64,000 nucleotides of DNA. Source: Nemertoderma westbladi (taxonomy: Eukaryota; Animalia; Xenacoelomorpha). Both the position numbers and the translations under genes were made by a program. Of the stretch, positions 51,260-62,217 are shown piece by piece; within the stretch, counting starts at the first letter, position 1; every line of letters begins with the position of its first letter. The notes beneath the pieces are model-generated. The model worked only from the letters and a program-made list of their open reading frames with translations. It was not told where the DNA came from and did not search any database. Where the stretch lies: assembly GCA_032718475.1 (NCBI GenBank), contig JAUCBJ010007841.1, positions 6,950 through 70,949 of the forward strand, read 5' to 3'.

Positions 51260-51900
51260 GAGTTAGTTAGTTAGTTAGGAGTTAGCTACAAGGTACGTAG
51301 TACCTAGAGCTAGTTAGTTAGTTAAGAGTCAGTTAGAAGGTACGTAGTACCTAGAGCTAGTTAGTTAGTTAGGAGTTAGTTAGAAGGTACGTAGTACCTA
51401 GAGTTAGTTAGTTAGTTAGATAGGAGGTACGTAGTACCGAGAGTTAGGAGTCAGTTAGTTAGAGGTGTTAGAGAAGTAGTAAGAGGGTACGTAGTACCGG
51501 TGGTTAGTAGAGTTAGAGGTTAGTAAGAGGGTACGTAGTACCGGTTAGTAAGAGTAGAGTTAGAGTAGTTAGTTAGAGGGTACGTAGTACCGGTGGTTAG
51601 TAGAGTTAGAGGTTAGTAAGAGGGTACATAGTACCGGTTAGTAAGAGTAGAGTTAGAGTAGTTAGTTAGAGGGTACGTAGTACCGTTGGTTAGTAGAGAA
51701 GGTTAGTGGAGTTAGAGGTTAGTAAGAGGGTACGTAGTACCAGTTAGTAAGAGTAGAGTTGGAAGTTAGTAAGAGGGTACGTAGTACCGATAGTTAGTGG
51801 AGTCAGAGAGTAGTAAGAGGGTACGTAGTACCGCTAGTTAGTTAGAGGTTAGTAAGAGGGTACGTAGTACCAATTAGTAAGAGATAGAGGTAGAAGGGTA
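51260..51900 (+). repeat. Internal tandem array in BEL: ~13 GGTACGTAGTACC cores separated by GTTAG/GAGTT-rich spacers
   Basis: Read directly. Confidence 0.9.
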
Positions 51901-52354
51901 TACATAGTATAGATATTAGTCAGTAGTTAGTAGCGAGAGGGGGGCATATGAGTACAGTTGGATAGATCGTGTAGGCCACGCGACATATACTGCTGTACTG
52001 CACAGGCCCATAGAGTAGGTCAGAATGTGGATTATGAAATAGAATAATCCATAAACAGTAAAGTAGTAGAATTAAGTTAAATCAAAATAAATAGAATAAA
52101 TAGGGCTAAAAATTACAAATTATGGTAACAACAGGGAAGTTGTTCTGGAACATAATTAAAGCAACGGACAGAAATTGCAAATAGGGTACATTTGTTAGCT
52201 ACAAAATTAAGTAATAGAAATTTAGGCTAAAAGGCGTAGTTAGATAGGAAATAGGCCATTCTCGAACTGTGCAGACCATCAGAAACTTATCACTCATCTG
52301 TATTGCGCCTTGGTAAGGCACCACCTTACAGGTGAGCGAGTGAGAGTGTTTGGA

Positions 52355-54912
52355 ATGGCGGGAAAACTGATCAGAAAGAGAAAGGCGGAACAAGGAGGAA
52401 AGGAGATACTGGTGGATTTCACCAAGAGGCATCCGGAAGTGAAGACGAGAGGATACTACGAGAGGTTGGGAAAGGGTCACGCGGCACGGGCGCTGCAGGA
52501 CCACTTCCGGGAGATGCACGAACAGCGGCTGGTCGGGACCTACGGGACGCCGTCGCTGGACAACGCGATCTTCCAACACTTCCACTACGTGGTGAAGGGG
52601 GACGAGGCGAAGTTCGGGATTCCGAAGTACCCGAGGGAGTCGCCGAAGAAGGATTGGAAGAGGTTTATAGAGTCCGTCAACAGGGGAGGATATATGATCC
52701 TAGACGACGAGGGAACCGTGGAAGACGAGGAGGGTTCGAGACGAGGATCAGCGGGGTCGGCCAGGACCATACTCCTACATTTGGCCGCGCCAAATGGGGA
52801 CATTTTCTTATTCAACCTAGGAACGTACGGGAGAAAGGACGGGCCAAAATTAAACCGGTTGCCGAAAGCGTGCAAGTCCTGGTAAGAGAGAAGTCGACGA
52901 CGAAAGTGGGATCGGCGATTCGCAAGGACGCGGAGAGAATCATCGGTCCGGACGCCACCAACCTCCTGGATATGCAGAAGGTCTTCATGGCTATGACAGC
53001 ACCAGATGGGTTGGGAGTAGTCGGGAACACAGGCCAATGCGGGCCGGTGGCAATGGGCCAGCTATTGGGGCTCGTATGCCACAAACCGATGGACTAGGGG
53101 AAGTTCAGGGAGGAATACGGTGCAGAACTAGCGAACTCGCTAAAGTGGGGAGCGAGACCGGGAAAGCAAGAGGTGTATCAATTCCGAAGAGAAGCGATAA
53201 AGGTATATCAGAAGCGATATATCCTGCAGGAAGATTGGATAATGATAAGTTTGCTTAACTTATTCATGACCGTGGTTATCGAGAGGGAACCAGCGGCATT
53301 TCTGTTATCGGGATCACCCCTAAGCTACAGGAGAGCCTTTAAGACGGCCTTCGACGGTCTGGTAGACCACCCGGGGCTGAAGGGCGAGTCGGTGTACTAC
53401 AACAGCCGACATCTGATAGACGGGGAGATAGATACGCCGTATCAGAGATGGGAGCAGCTAGAGACAGATAGACGAGAGGCAAAGCGACTGGAAGAAGTCG
53501 CGAGACGGAAAAGGATAGAAGCAGAGGAGAGGGAGGAGGAGGCCAGGACGCAGAGTTACGGCTTCGAGGAACAGGCAGGCTTAGACGAACTTCGTTGGAC
53601 TTCATCAGGGAGTTCGGGGGAGTCTCTAGGGCGAGAACTGGGATGGACGGTGGGATCGCCGAAACAGTCGACGTCGGGGTTGCAAGCGATGCCCATACCA
53701 GCGGGCGCCGAAGGCGACCAACCGCTAAGGAAGTTTGGGGAGCTAGAGGGATGGAGAGCTACGGGCGAGAGCCAAGGCGGGAAGGGACATAGTGGATCCA
53801 TCGGGATACCGGGGTTGGAGCCACTGCCAGAGGAGGACGAAGACGACGACGAGTTCGGAGAGATACCGCCCATCGAGAGGATTGGCCACTCGGACACGGA
53901 CTGGGTTGGCGGGAGGGTGGTGACGGCCAGTGGGGCGAGGGCCTTCTGGGATAGACCAGGCAAGCGGGCCTGGGTGCACGAGGAGCCGGCAATGGATTTC
54001 GCGGGGAGCACTATCAGGTTGGGCGAGCAACCGGGGACGGCACCACGGGTAGTATTCGGGGAGACGATGCCCGAGAGGGGCGAGGAGATCGACGTAGACA
54101 GGGACACTAACGTGGAGAAGTTCGCCTACCAGCGACTCCACAGACCGCGGAGATCGCTTGGGACGAAAGACGACGTGGGCGGGAGACATTGGTACTCGGT
54201 TGCGATGGATTACTGTGGGAGACAGACCCACCAGGAAAGGAGGTGTTTGTACCGATTCCAAAAGGGGACCTTTTGTCTCTACTGCCGCGAGTCGAGCCAC
54301 AGGATGGGGGCGTGTCCACAGTTGCATAACCGATGTCCGAAGTGTAACTTCCAGGGACACTACGGACGCCAGTGCGACTGGATGGACGATGAAGAGAAGT
54401 TCAGAATCTTCGAGGAGTGAGCCGACGTCGGGGCCATGACGCGGCAACGCATGAAGGCTCAGGAGTTCAAGAGGGGTTTCTTCCTTATCAATCAGGAGGC
54501 TCACTTGGAAATCATAAAGCGGAGGTTACCGTTTACCTATCAAGAGGTAGCAACGGCGGCGTCGTATGCCGGGGTGATAAATACACAGAGGTATTTGGAC
54601 AGGTGGACGCCACAGAACCGAGGGGAGTTTAGGGATTTCTTGGCGGAGCACGTGCCGCGAGCAATGAAGATGATCTTATGGGACGCCACCAGGGGGAGAC
54701 AACAGGGCCACTCGGAGGGGCCACCCGCGAAGCGATATCGGGAGCTGATAACACCAGCACCCAAGGAGCCAACGACCGGGATCAGTAAGGAGGTGGCGGC
54801 GAGGGTCCGAAGACAGAAAGCGGATCCCAGAGGAGCGGTAGTGACCAGGAAACGACCCAGGGAGGAGGACGGCAAAGGGAAAGACTTGAGGTGGTTCCCA
54901 AAGTCAGGGTGA
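52355..54912 (+). pseudogene. Extra BEL ORF (~850 aa reconstructed): DEDDy 3'-5' exonuclease-like domain, acidic linker and CCHC zinc knuckles; one frameshift (~52865) and two in-frame stops (53095, 54418)
   Basis: ILDDEG (Exo I), LLHLAAPNGDIFLFNL, KVGSAIRKD (Exo II), LLDM, LLG...K, QKRYILQED (Exo III); CLYCRESSHRMGAC and CPKCNFQGHYGRQC. Confidence 0.72.
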
Positions 54913-55126
54913 GAACAGAGTGGGGCTAAAGTGGCGAAAGTGTTGGGGAAACAAAAGTCGTGTGAGAGGAGCGCACGATCGGCCCGACATGGGACGCCAG
55001 GTGAACCGGGTAGCATTATCATACCCATAGTGAGCGGCCTGGAAAGCTGGCTCCGAGAGAAAATAGTTCCACCCCACACCCGATGCTAGATCGGGATCCA
55101 GCGGAATTGTAGCGCACTTTAGGAGG

Positions 55127-55164
55127 ATGCTATCTTCTCACCGGGAAGATAGCATGGGGGGGAG
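55127..55164 (+). promoter_or_regulatory. 11-bp hairpin immediately followed by the polypurine tract
   Basis: ATGCTATCTTC / GAAGATAGCAT stem, then GGGGGGGAG abutting the 3' LTR. Confidence 0.85.
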
Positions 55165-55674
55165 TGTTAGCTTATCCAATTCCGCTAACACAAACCCATA
55201 AAGTAAGCCGTTAAGCAATATTGGGGGCCACGAGGTTGATTACCCAATCTCGTGCCACCCCAATAAAATGGGAAGGAGAAACACACAATAAGGGTCAGGG
55301 GCCACACCCCTGACCGGGAGAGAATAGCAGGAGTGAGGGAAACACTCCAAAGGGCGCCAACAGGGATATCAGCCAATGGGAGGGAGGCACCGGCTAGGTA
55401 CAGTAACAAGGCCAACCCGTGCAATATAACCAGTTAACGGTAATCAGTTATTTCAGTTATCTCATTGTGTTGGTCGGTTTAGCTAGGATAGGACCGGAAC
55501 TTTAATTACCGTTGCGTAACCACTGTGCAGACATCTTATTCTATATCTATACTATTATACCGGAGGACTTTATACAGCAATCAACAATTATCCACCTTTT
55601 ACACACACACAGCGGGAACGCGACGCGTAAATCAAAAACCGGATAAACCGGGATCCTTTGTGGATCCCGTCACA
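55165..55674 (+). repeat. 3' LTR of BEL element (510 bp)
   Basis: Near-identical to 35348-35857; followed by TSD TTGAT. Confidence 0.97.
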
Positions 55675-56497
55675 TTGATGATGACTTAGGAGTACTCTCA
55701 GAATCACTAGAGGGAGCCCAACGGCTCCTCAGCTCATTAGAACATGCTGCTTCTAGTGTTGGTCTTTTTATTAACTCCAGAAAGACCAAAATTTTGACAG
55801 TTAACTTTGAAAGTCCTCAGCAAGTCTCTGATCGGATGAGCATAAGCTCAAAAGATGGTATGCTTGAACATGTGGATGACTTCTGTTACCTGGGATCATG
55901 GATCCGGAAGTCAGGTGAGGACCTTCGAATACGTAAGGGAAAGGCATGGGCAGCCTTGAATAGGCTTTCCAGGATTTGGAAGTCACCGAGAATTAATCGG
56001 AAACTTAAGGTCCGATTATTTAGAGCAGCAGTAGTTCCAGTACTCCTCTATGGGAGTCCATGCTGGGCTCTAACTGCTGAGGACACAAAATCTCTGGATG
56101 GCACATTCACAAGAATGCTACGCCGGGTTCATTGTGTCAAGTACAATTCACACATCTCCAACCAGACACTATATAACATTGGAGGTGTCTCATTGGTTCC
56201 CCCAAACTTGACACTAGAACAAAATCGCCTCCGCTTTGCAGGACATTACTTTCGCCGTGAGGACCAGCCAGTACATAATCTTGTACTTTGGCAGCCTCAT
56301 GGAGTGAATAAGCATGGTGGACAGCCCATGACTTTCTTGAGACGCATCTTAAAGAACGCTGGCCTTGGAGATGCGGATGATCTAGCAAATGTCATGGGTG
56401 ATGGGGAGTTGTGGCGGTGCAATTTTGTCGATAAGCCGGCACAGCATTCTTAAAAATGCAGCTGCAATGCAGCATGCCGATCCTAATAGTAGTAGTA
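55675..56497 (+). mobile_element. RTE-like LINE, RT C-terminal half and 3' tail (host of the BEL insertion)
   Basis: GLFINSRKTK, FCYLGS, KAWAALNRL, VLLYGS, RLRFAGH; stop at 56453; (TAG)n tail. Confidence 0.93.
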
Positions 56498-56619
56498 CTT
56501 TTCGCAGAACCCCCTTTTCGAAGAATCCCTGGTGGAATGTCCTTTCTGATATAAATAAATGAATTGGAGTTGAGCTGTTAATGCAACTGTAATTAAAGGT
56601 GTTATATTATGGTTTTGTT

Positions 56620-57190
56620 CAGAAATGGAAAAAATGAGAAAGAGCGTCACCGGGGATTGAACCAGCGCTATACGTACGTTTCACCCTATCAGGCCTCTTC
56701 AGTAGCGCTAACCAGTTCAGCCACTTGTCCCTGACATTCACTTTGTGACGCGCTTTCTCATTTTTTCCATTTCTGAACAAAACCATAATATTACATACAC
56801 CTTTCTGATATAAACGGTCTGGAAGTTTGTTCCCATAGACTTCAACTTTGGACCTTTCTTTAGATACGATTCGATTCCGCTTTTCTTTGTCCCCTAGAGT
56901 GACAATAATTGGATTAGTCGTGAAACCACCAGGGTTCGCTGTACCAGTTTTTTTTAACCACACAACTCTATATCTTCGTCAGTGACATCTAATTTATTTA
57001 ATAAATCTACAACTATCGCATTATCATCCACTGACCCGGATCCATCAGGTGGAAGTCCTGTGATAATTCGGTTTAATTCCAGTTTGTTATACTCTATACC
57101 TTCGAGATAATCCGTAAACCTTTGATAGTGACCGACAAAGAAATATGTTGTACTTTGCTGCACACTTTGCACACTTTGCATACTTGGCAA
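56620..57190 (-). mobile_element. Degenerate LINE ORF1-like fragment
   Basis: IITGLP...DDNAIVVDLLNKL...PIIVTL..KEKRNRIV resembles the RRM of CR1/L2-type ORF1; frameshifted. Confidence 0.5.
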
Positions 57191-57350
57191 TGTAAAATCA
57201 ATTTAATATATATACTGCAGCTGCAATGCAGCATGCCGACAGTAAGTAGTAATCTCAGCAGAATAATTTGGTTTATGGAATTGGTATTCTCTCAGTACTG
57301 AAAGGAAGGCAACGCGAATATTGTCTATTGGTCTGTACGCATATTACCAT

Positions 57351-57592
57351 TTGGGGTGCCGTTTCAGCCTATTTTAACATATTCACTTAATTTCGCGAAT
57401 ATTTAATTTCTATATTTACCATTTAAAGTACCTTTTAAAGGAAAGTAGCATTTTATAATGGCAGGCATTTCTAACCAAATCAATAAACTAAATTTAGGAA
57501 CACAGTTTACAGTAAAAGTTTTACTTCTAGGAACTAATTTTTCAATATTAATTTAACATTAACCCTATGAGAAGGCTGAAACGACACCCCAA
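57351..57592. mobile_element. Small MITE-like element (242 bp)
   Basis: TTGGGGTGCCGTTTCAGCCT / AGGCTGAAACGACACCCCAA, 19/20 inverted match around an AT-rich core. Confidence 0.65.
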
Positions 57593-58084
57593 TTGGCTTT
57601 TTGCCTCCAGTACTGGATAAGTAGAGTTGTAGAGTTAGAATGTATCTTTTTCTCGAAAGCGGATATTTGGTGTGGTCGTAGAACGCACCCAGGAGAAGAA
57701 TACCAGGATTTCACTTTTCGGTCGTAATTCACATAGTGTATGGAGGTGCAGGTTCATTTCACGCAAACCCAGCGGTACAATGGAAACCTGGCTTCTGGTA
57801 GGGGAATTAAGCAAGGGTTGGTTAGTTATGGAGTGTCCAACCTTTGGAGTTATTGTGGCGTCCTCCTTACCTTATAGAGAACAGCCGAGAGTGAGGAGCC
57901 TTCGAGTTGCCTCTCGTCTTTCGTGTCTCACACGTTCACCGATCACTTTACTTTGTGTTGTTTAGCCCTTATTTCTATCCTATAACCTATCCACTGTGAA
58001 TACACATACTAATTCGATTATGTTTTGGTTAGATTCAGCCCTTCTGTAATCTGGGTTTTTAGTGAAAATCTGATATTCTTCAGA

Positions 58085-58815
58085 TGGGGGTAAACGGCAA
58101 AGTGAAATATAACCGCAGAAAGTCTGGTATACTTCACATCGAGGTAAACTGTAAAGTGAAATATAACAGCAGAAAGTCTGGTATACCTCACATTAGGGTA
58201 AACTGCAAAGTGAAATATAACAGCAGTAAGTCTGGTATACTTCACATGGGGGTAACTGCAAAGTGAAATATAACAGCGGAAAGTCTGGTATACTTCACAT
58301 CGAGGTAAACTGTAAAGTGAAATATAACAGCAGAAAGTCTGGTATACTTCACATCGAGGTAAACTGTAAAGTGAAATATAACCGCAGAAAGTCTGGTATA
58401 CTTCACATCCAGGTAAATTACAATGTGAAATAGAAAGTCTGGTAAAATACTTCACATCGAGGTAAACTGTAAAGTGAAATATAACAGCAGAAAGTCTGGT
58501 ATACTTCACATCGAGGTAAACTGTAAAGTGAAATATAACCGCAGAAAGTCTGGTATACTTCACATCCAGGTAAATTACAATGTGAAATAGAAAGTCTGGT
58601 AAAATACTTCACATCGAGGTAAACTGTAAAGTGAAATATAACAGCAGAAAGTCTGGTATACTTCACATCCAGGTAAATTACAATGTAAAATAGAAAGTCT
58701 GGTAAAATACTTCACATCGAGGTAAACTGTAAAGTGAAATATAACCGCAGAAAGTCTGGTATACTTCACATCCAGGTAAATTACAATGTGAAATAGAAAG
58801 TCTGGTAAAATACTT
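58085..58815. repeat. 54-bp minisatellite with interspersed shorter variant units
   Basis: AGAAAGTCTGGTATACTTCACATCGAGGTAAACTGTAAAGTGAAATATAACAGC; 18-aa periodicity in overlapping ORFs. Confidence 0.93.
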
Positions 58816-59547
58816 CCCATGGGCCGTAGAACGAAGAAGACAGATTATAATATACAACGAAGGAAATTTCCCTGGAGCTTTGAAAGTTTCCCGATCCTCA
58901 GGGCGGAGCGAATATGGATGTAGGAAGATGTATGGATGGCAGCCACTCAACGCTCCCAAACTTCTCCATACACTTCAAACTAATGCAATTACACCTGAAA
59001 ACTCTCAACAACTAGGTGACGACCGCCCTGGAGACATCATAAATAATTGCATTTACTTATTGGAGCGCGATATCGTCTTTCTTATGCATAACAGAACTGC
59101 ATCAGAGCGTGTCTGCCACGGACTCAATTAATGATAGATACAGTAGCTCGCCCCTATGGTATCGTATTTAATGTTATCTACTTCTCCAGTAGAGCATACA
59201 ATAAATAATTAACATAACAGTGAAACTTTTTAACAATTCAGTGAATTTGTAATGTTTTTTAATTAAGGTAGTTAGTTAGAAACGCATTAAACCTGTTACT
59301 TTGTGAATTTGGATAAATTTCCAAACAGATTGAATCCTTCACTGATGCCGAACATACACTGCAAACAACGAATTTCTAGTTAAGGGATACAACAGATTCC
59401 TTAATTACCTTTGATCTGAATTGCTTATTCACTTTATCTTTGGTAATGAGATTATCGTATGTGGTGACTTTTCTGTACCTGAGAGAACCCATCACAATGG
59501 CGGAATCCAATACTTAGTCAATTATTTAGTGGTCTCCAGTATAATGT

Positions 59548-59807
59548 TATTATAACTTCATGTTAGCGTTAGGCACAGCTTTTGCAAAGTCGGCAATGAC
59601 GTACAGGTGGGATCGTACTGGTGACATCCGGGTTGGAAGTCTGACGCTCAAACCATTCAGCTCGCTGATCAAGTAAAAGATAGACCTGGAAAAATACTAC
59701 ATGATACCTTGTATGTCCGCAATTTACCTCCTCGTGGCCTCCCATCTGTCATACCATCATATGCTGCCACTGTGCTCAACCCTACGGTACTTGGCCGTCT
59801 TTTACCA
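59548..59807 (-). mobile_element. tRNA-related SINE-like repeat, family A, copy 4, with flanking direct repeats
   Basis: Homologous to 6805-7040; CCAGTATAATGT at 59536-59547 and 59805-59816. Confidence 0.8.
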
Positions 59808-61336
59808 GTATAATGTAGCTTAATGTTGATGTTTATTTGATCAATTTACCTAGTGTTAAAGTGAGAGTTTTGAAATAATTACCAAGTGACAAGCATTTCC
59901 TGTTGGATAAAGTATGAGCTGTGTCCTACTGAGAAGGCAATTCAAGACGTAAAGAGTTAGTTTACTGGACGGTTGGACTCGGTTGCACTTTCTACATTAA
60001 CAGTATATGACATTGCGCTGACATGCGGAGGAAGTGCAAAGGCATTTTTAATTAATCTGTCTCCATGGAGCCCCTAAAGAGAATGTTAATTTTTCATCTT
60101 GAACATTCAAGGCACAAGTACCCTAACAATATCATGGAATAGTGTCTTAATTCAGGTAGGTGTGGCTGCCGATCAGACGAGATACTGCCAATACAGTGTG
60201 ACGAGGACACGATTATCCTCAGCAATGCAATGTGCATAGCACACAATGTATATTATTAATATCAGGACGTAAAGTGATGTTGTGCTGGTTAATAATTGTT
60301 TATCTCATTTATATACAATCTAACTTTATGTCAATAAACTAACTAACTAACTACTGGGCAGTAGACCTCTGTAATTAAGATATTTGGGCAGTAGACCTCT
60401 CTCTGTAATTACGATATTTTAAATTGGTCTTTACATAACTTGCATACATTCACATTTAAATTTCAAGGTATAAAGGAGGTTTTGAGTAAATATATAAATG
60501 AAATTAGGCGTAGGCTAATTAATAGAAATTAGGTATTGCATTTTTGCACAGCTAGTTATCAAATTAATAAAATATTCCAGAATTATCTAAATTTACCAAA
60601 AAGAATTATTATCATACGTTTTCACTTTGTACATTGATTAACAGTTACATTTCATGGTTGCTCGTGATTTAACAGAGATTGTACTTATACTGCCTTATAA
60701 TTAAATGAATGTGTTGGTGTAAAGTAAAGAATCCAACGCAGCCCTTTCCGAACCCTTCGCAGTGGCGAAATAATGTCCGGTTTTCCAGTCCAATTAATTA
60801 TAATTTCATTCATTTGTTCCTGTTATATCCTTGTATTGGAGGAAGTTTGGAAATTTCTAAAGTTTCCTGTATTTTTACTAACAACCTCCGGTACAACAAA
60901 TATTACTCCATAATTCTTCAGTATGTATTTTAAATAAAGAAAAGGTGTGGGGGAGGGTATCCTCACAAAGAAAAACCAACCATCTCCCTCCATATCAAAC
61001 TCAAATTCCAGATGGAGATTGACGGGTAATAAAGGGTTGTATAATATCAGAAGCTCATATGTTATTAAATTTTTTTTATTTCATATCCGGACTCTTTAGG
61101 CCTCTGGCTGCAATATTAAAAATGGTCTGGCGAATATATTTAAAATGTCAGATCAATATTTGAATAGATCATTATGTAAGAAACAATATGTTCGAGAAAA
61201 TAGTAACATACCATGATAGCAAAATAAATATCATTGACGATTACTGACGTACGTTGGTAACCCATATTGCCATATGATTATGCACCAAAAAATGTAATGT
61301 TGTGTTTTTACTGGCATTTTATAACTTCACCAAGTC

Positions 61337-61435
61337 AAGTACCAGTTAAATTACTGAGAGCAAAACAAGGGATAGGGAGTAGCGCCGTCCCTTACCTTAG
61401 GGTAGCAGCTATCGAAAGAGGAGCCTTCGGGTCTA
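61337..61435 (+). mobile_element. SINE family B 3' fragment next to the ACTMAP-like stop codon
   Basis: AGTACCAGTTAAATTACTG...GTAGCAGCTATCGAAAGAGGAGCCTTCGGGTC matches the reverse complement of 34216-34310. Confidence 0.75.
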
Positions 61436-61439
61436 GGCT

Positions 61440-62217
61440 TTATATTAGTAATTTCATTTGACTTCTTGCTATGACAATCATTTTCCTGGAAAGTTCACTT
61501 TCCAATCCCAGATCCGGAATTTTGTAAACCCGATTACCCGAGTGTTCTTTGTGGGCGACCAATTGGAAGTTACTTGTCATAAGATCCAAAGCATCCCATA
61601 GGTGAAGACGCTTGCTCTTACCATGTCTGGCAAATAGTTTAATATTTTGAATGGTTCGATCGTTTTTCTGATTTTGATCATAGTTTAAGACATCAATAAT
61701 ACTTGAAAAATCCCTCGGAATGCCAAAATTGTATTCAGTTGGTGTTTTTTCGTCATCTTCGCTGTTTTCATCTGAAAGTAAATAAGTGAAATGGTTTATA
61801 GATTTTCGGTTTATCGAATCTGTCACATCACTATTGCATTGAGTTTGTGTCTCCATTAGTGGAATCACACAACCAGTAATTAGCGCCCAGTGTGCCCTGC
61901 TACCATAACAACAAGCCGGGCTGTGGTTGACGCGATTGGAATCATATGGGACGAGAACACCGTTTCCTGCCAACAAATTGCGAACTATATCGAATACACC
62001 CCGCTCTTTAGTGCCAAGTAATATAGATGACGCCCTGCAACCATTTTGACAGCGATTTGCTACTTCAGCCAACCAGTTTGTAGACATAACCTCGCCGTGG
62101 TTTGTGTATCCTAACTTATGTCCCATCGCGTACATTGAATCGGTCGAAGGAATATCGGTAGTAGTTGAACCGTCACTCATCATTTGAAACGCCATCTTGA
62201 GAGCAACAAATCCGCAA
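61440..62217 (-). CDS. ACTMAP: Last coding exon of actin maturation protease-like gene (UPF0692/C19orf54 family)
   Basis: Acceptor TTTCATTGCAG, then CGFVALKMA, GYTNHGE, VLVPYD, NHSP...GSRAHWALITG, ARHGKSKRLHLW, SNFQL; upstream exon(s) not identified. Confidence 0.85.

Larger units (their letters stand above)
35348..55674 (+). mobile_element. BEL/Pao LTR retrotransposon, 20.3 kb including nested insertions
   Basis: Two 510-bp TG...CA LTRs, 5-bp TSD TTGAT (35343-35347, 55675-55679), PPT, BEL-type gag-PR-RT-RH-IN. Confidence 0.97.

Noticed and set aside
51260-51900. CRISPR-like or telomeric array (palindromic core, TTAG-rich spacers)
   Set aside because: Spacers are low-complexity and mutually related, not TTAGG/TTAGGG arrays; kept only as an internal retroelement repeat
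58018-58959. Repetitive Cys/Tyr-rich ORFs
   Set aside because: Translations of the 54-bp minisatellite
59720-59745. HDV-ribozyme-like CCTCCTCGTGG in SINE family A
   Set aside because: No matching P1/P2 partners found by eye
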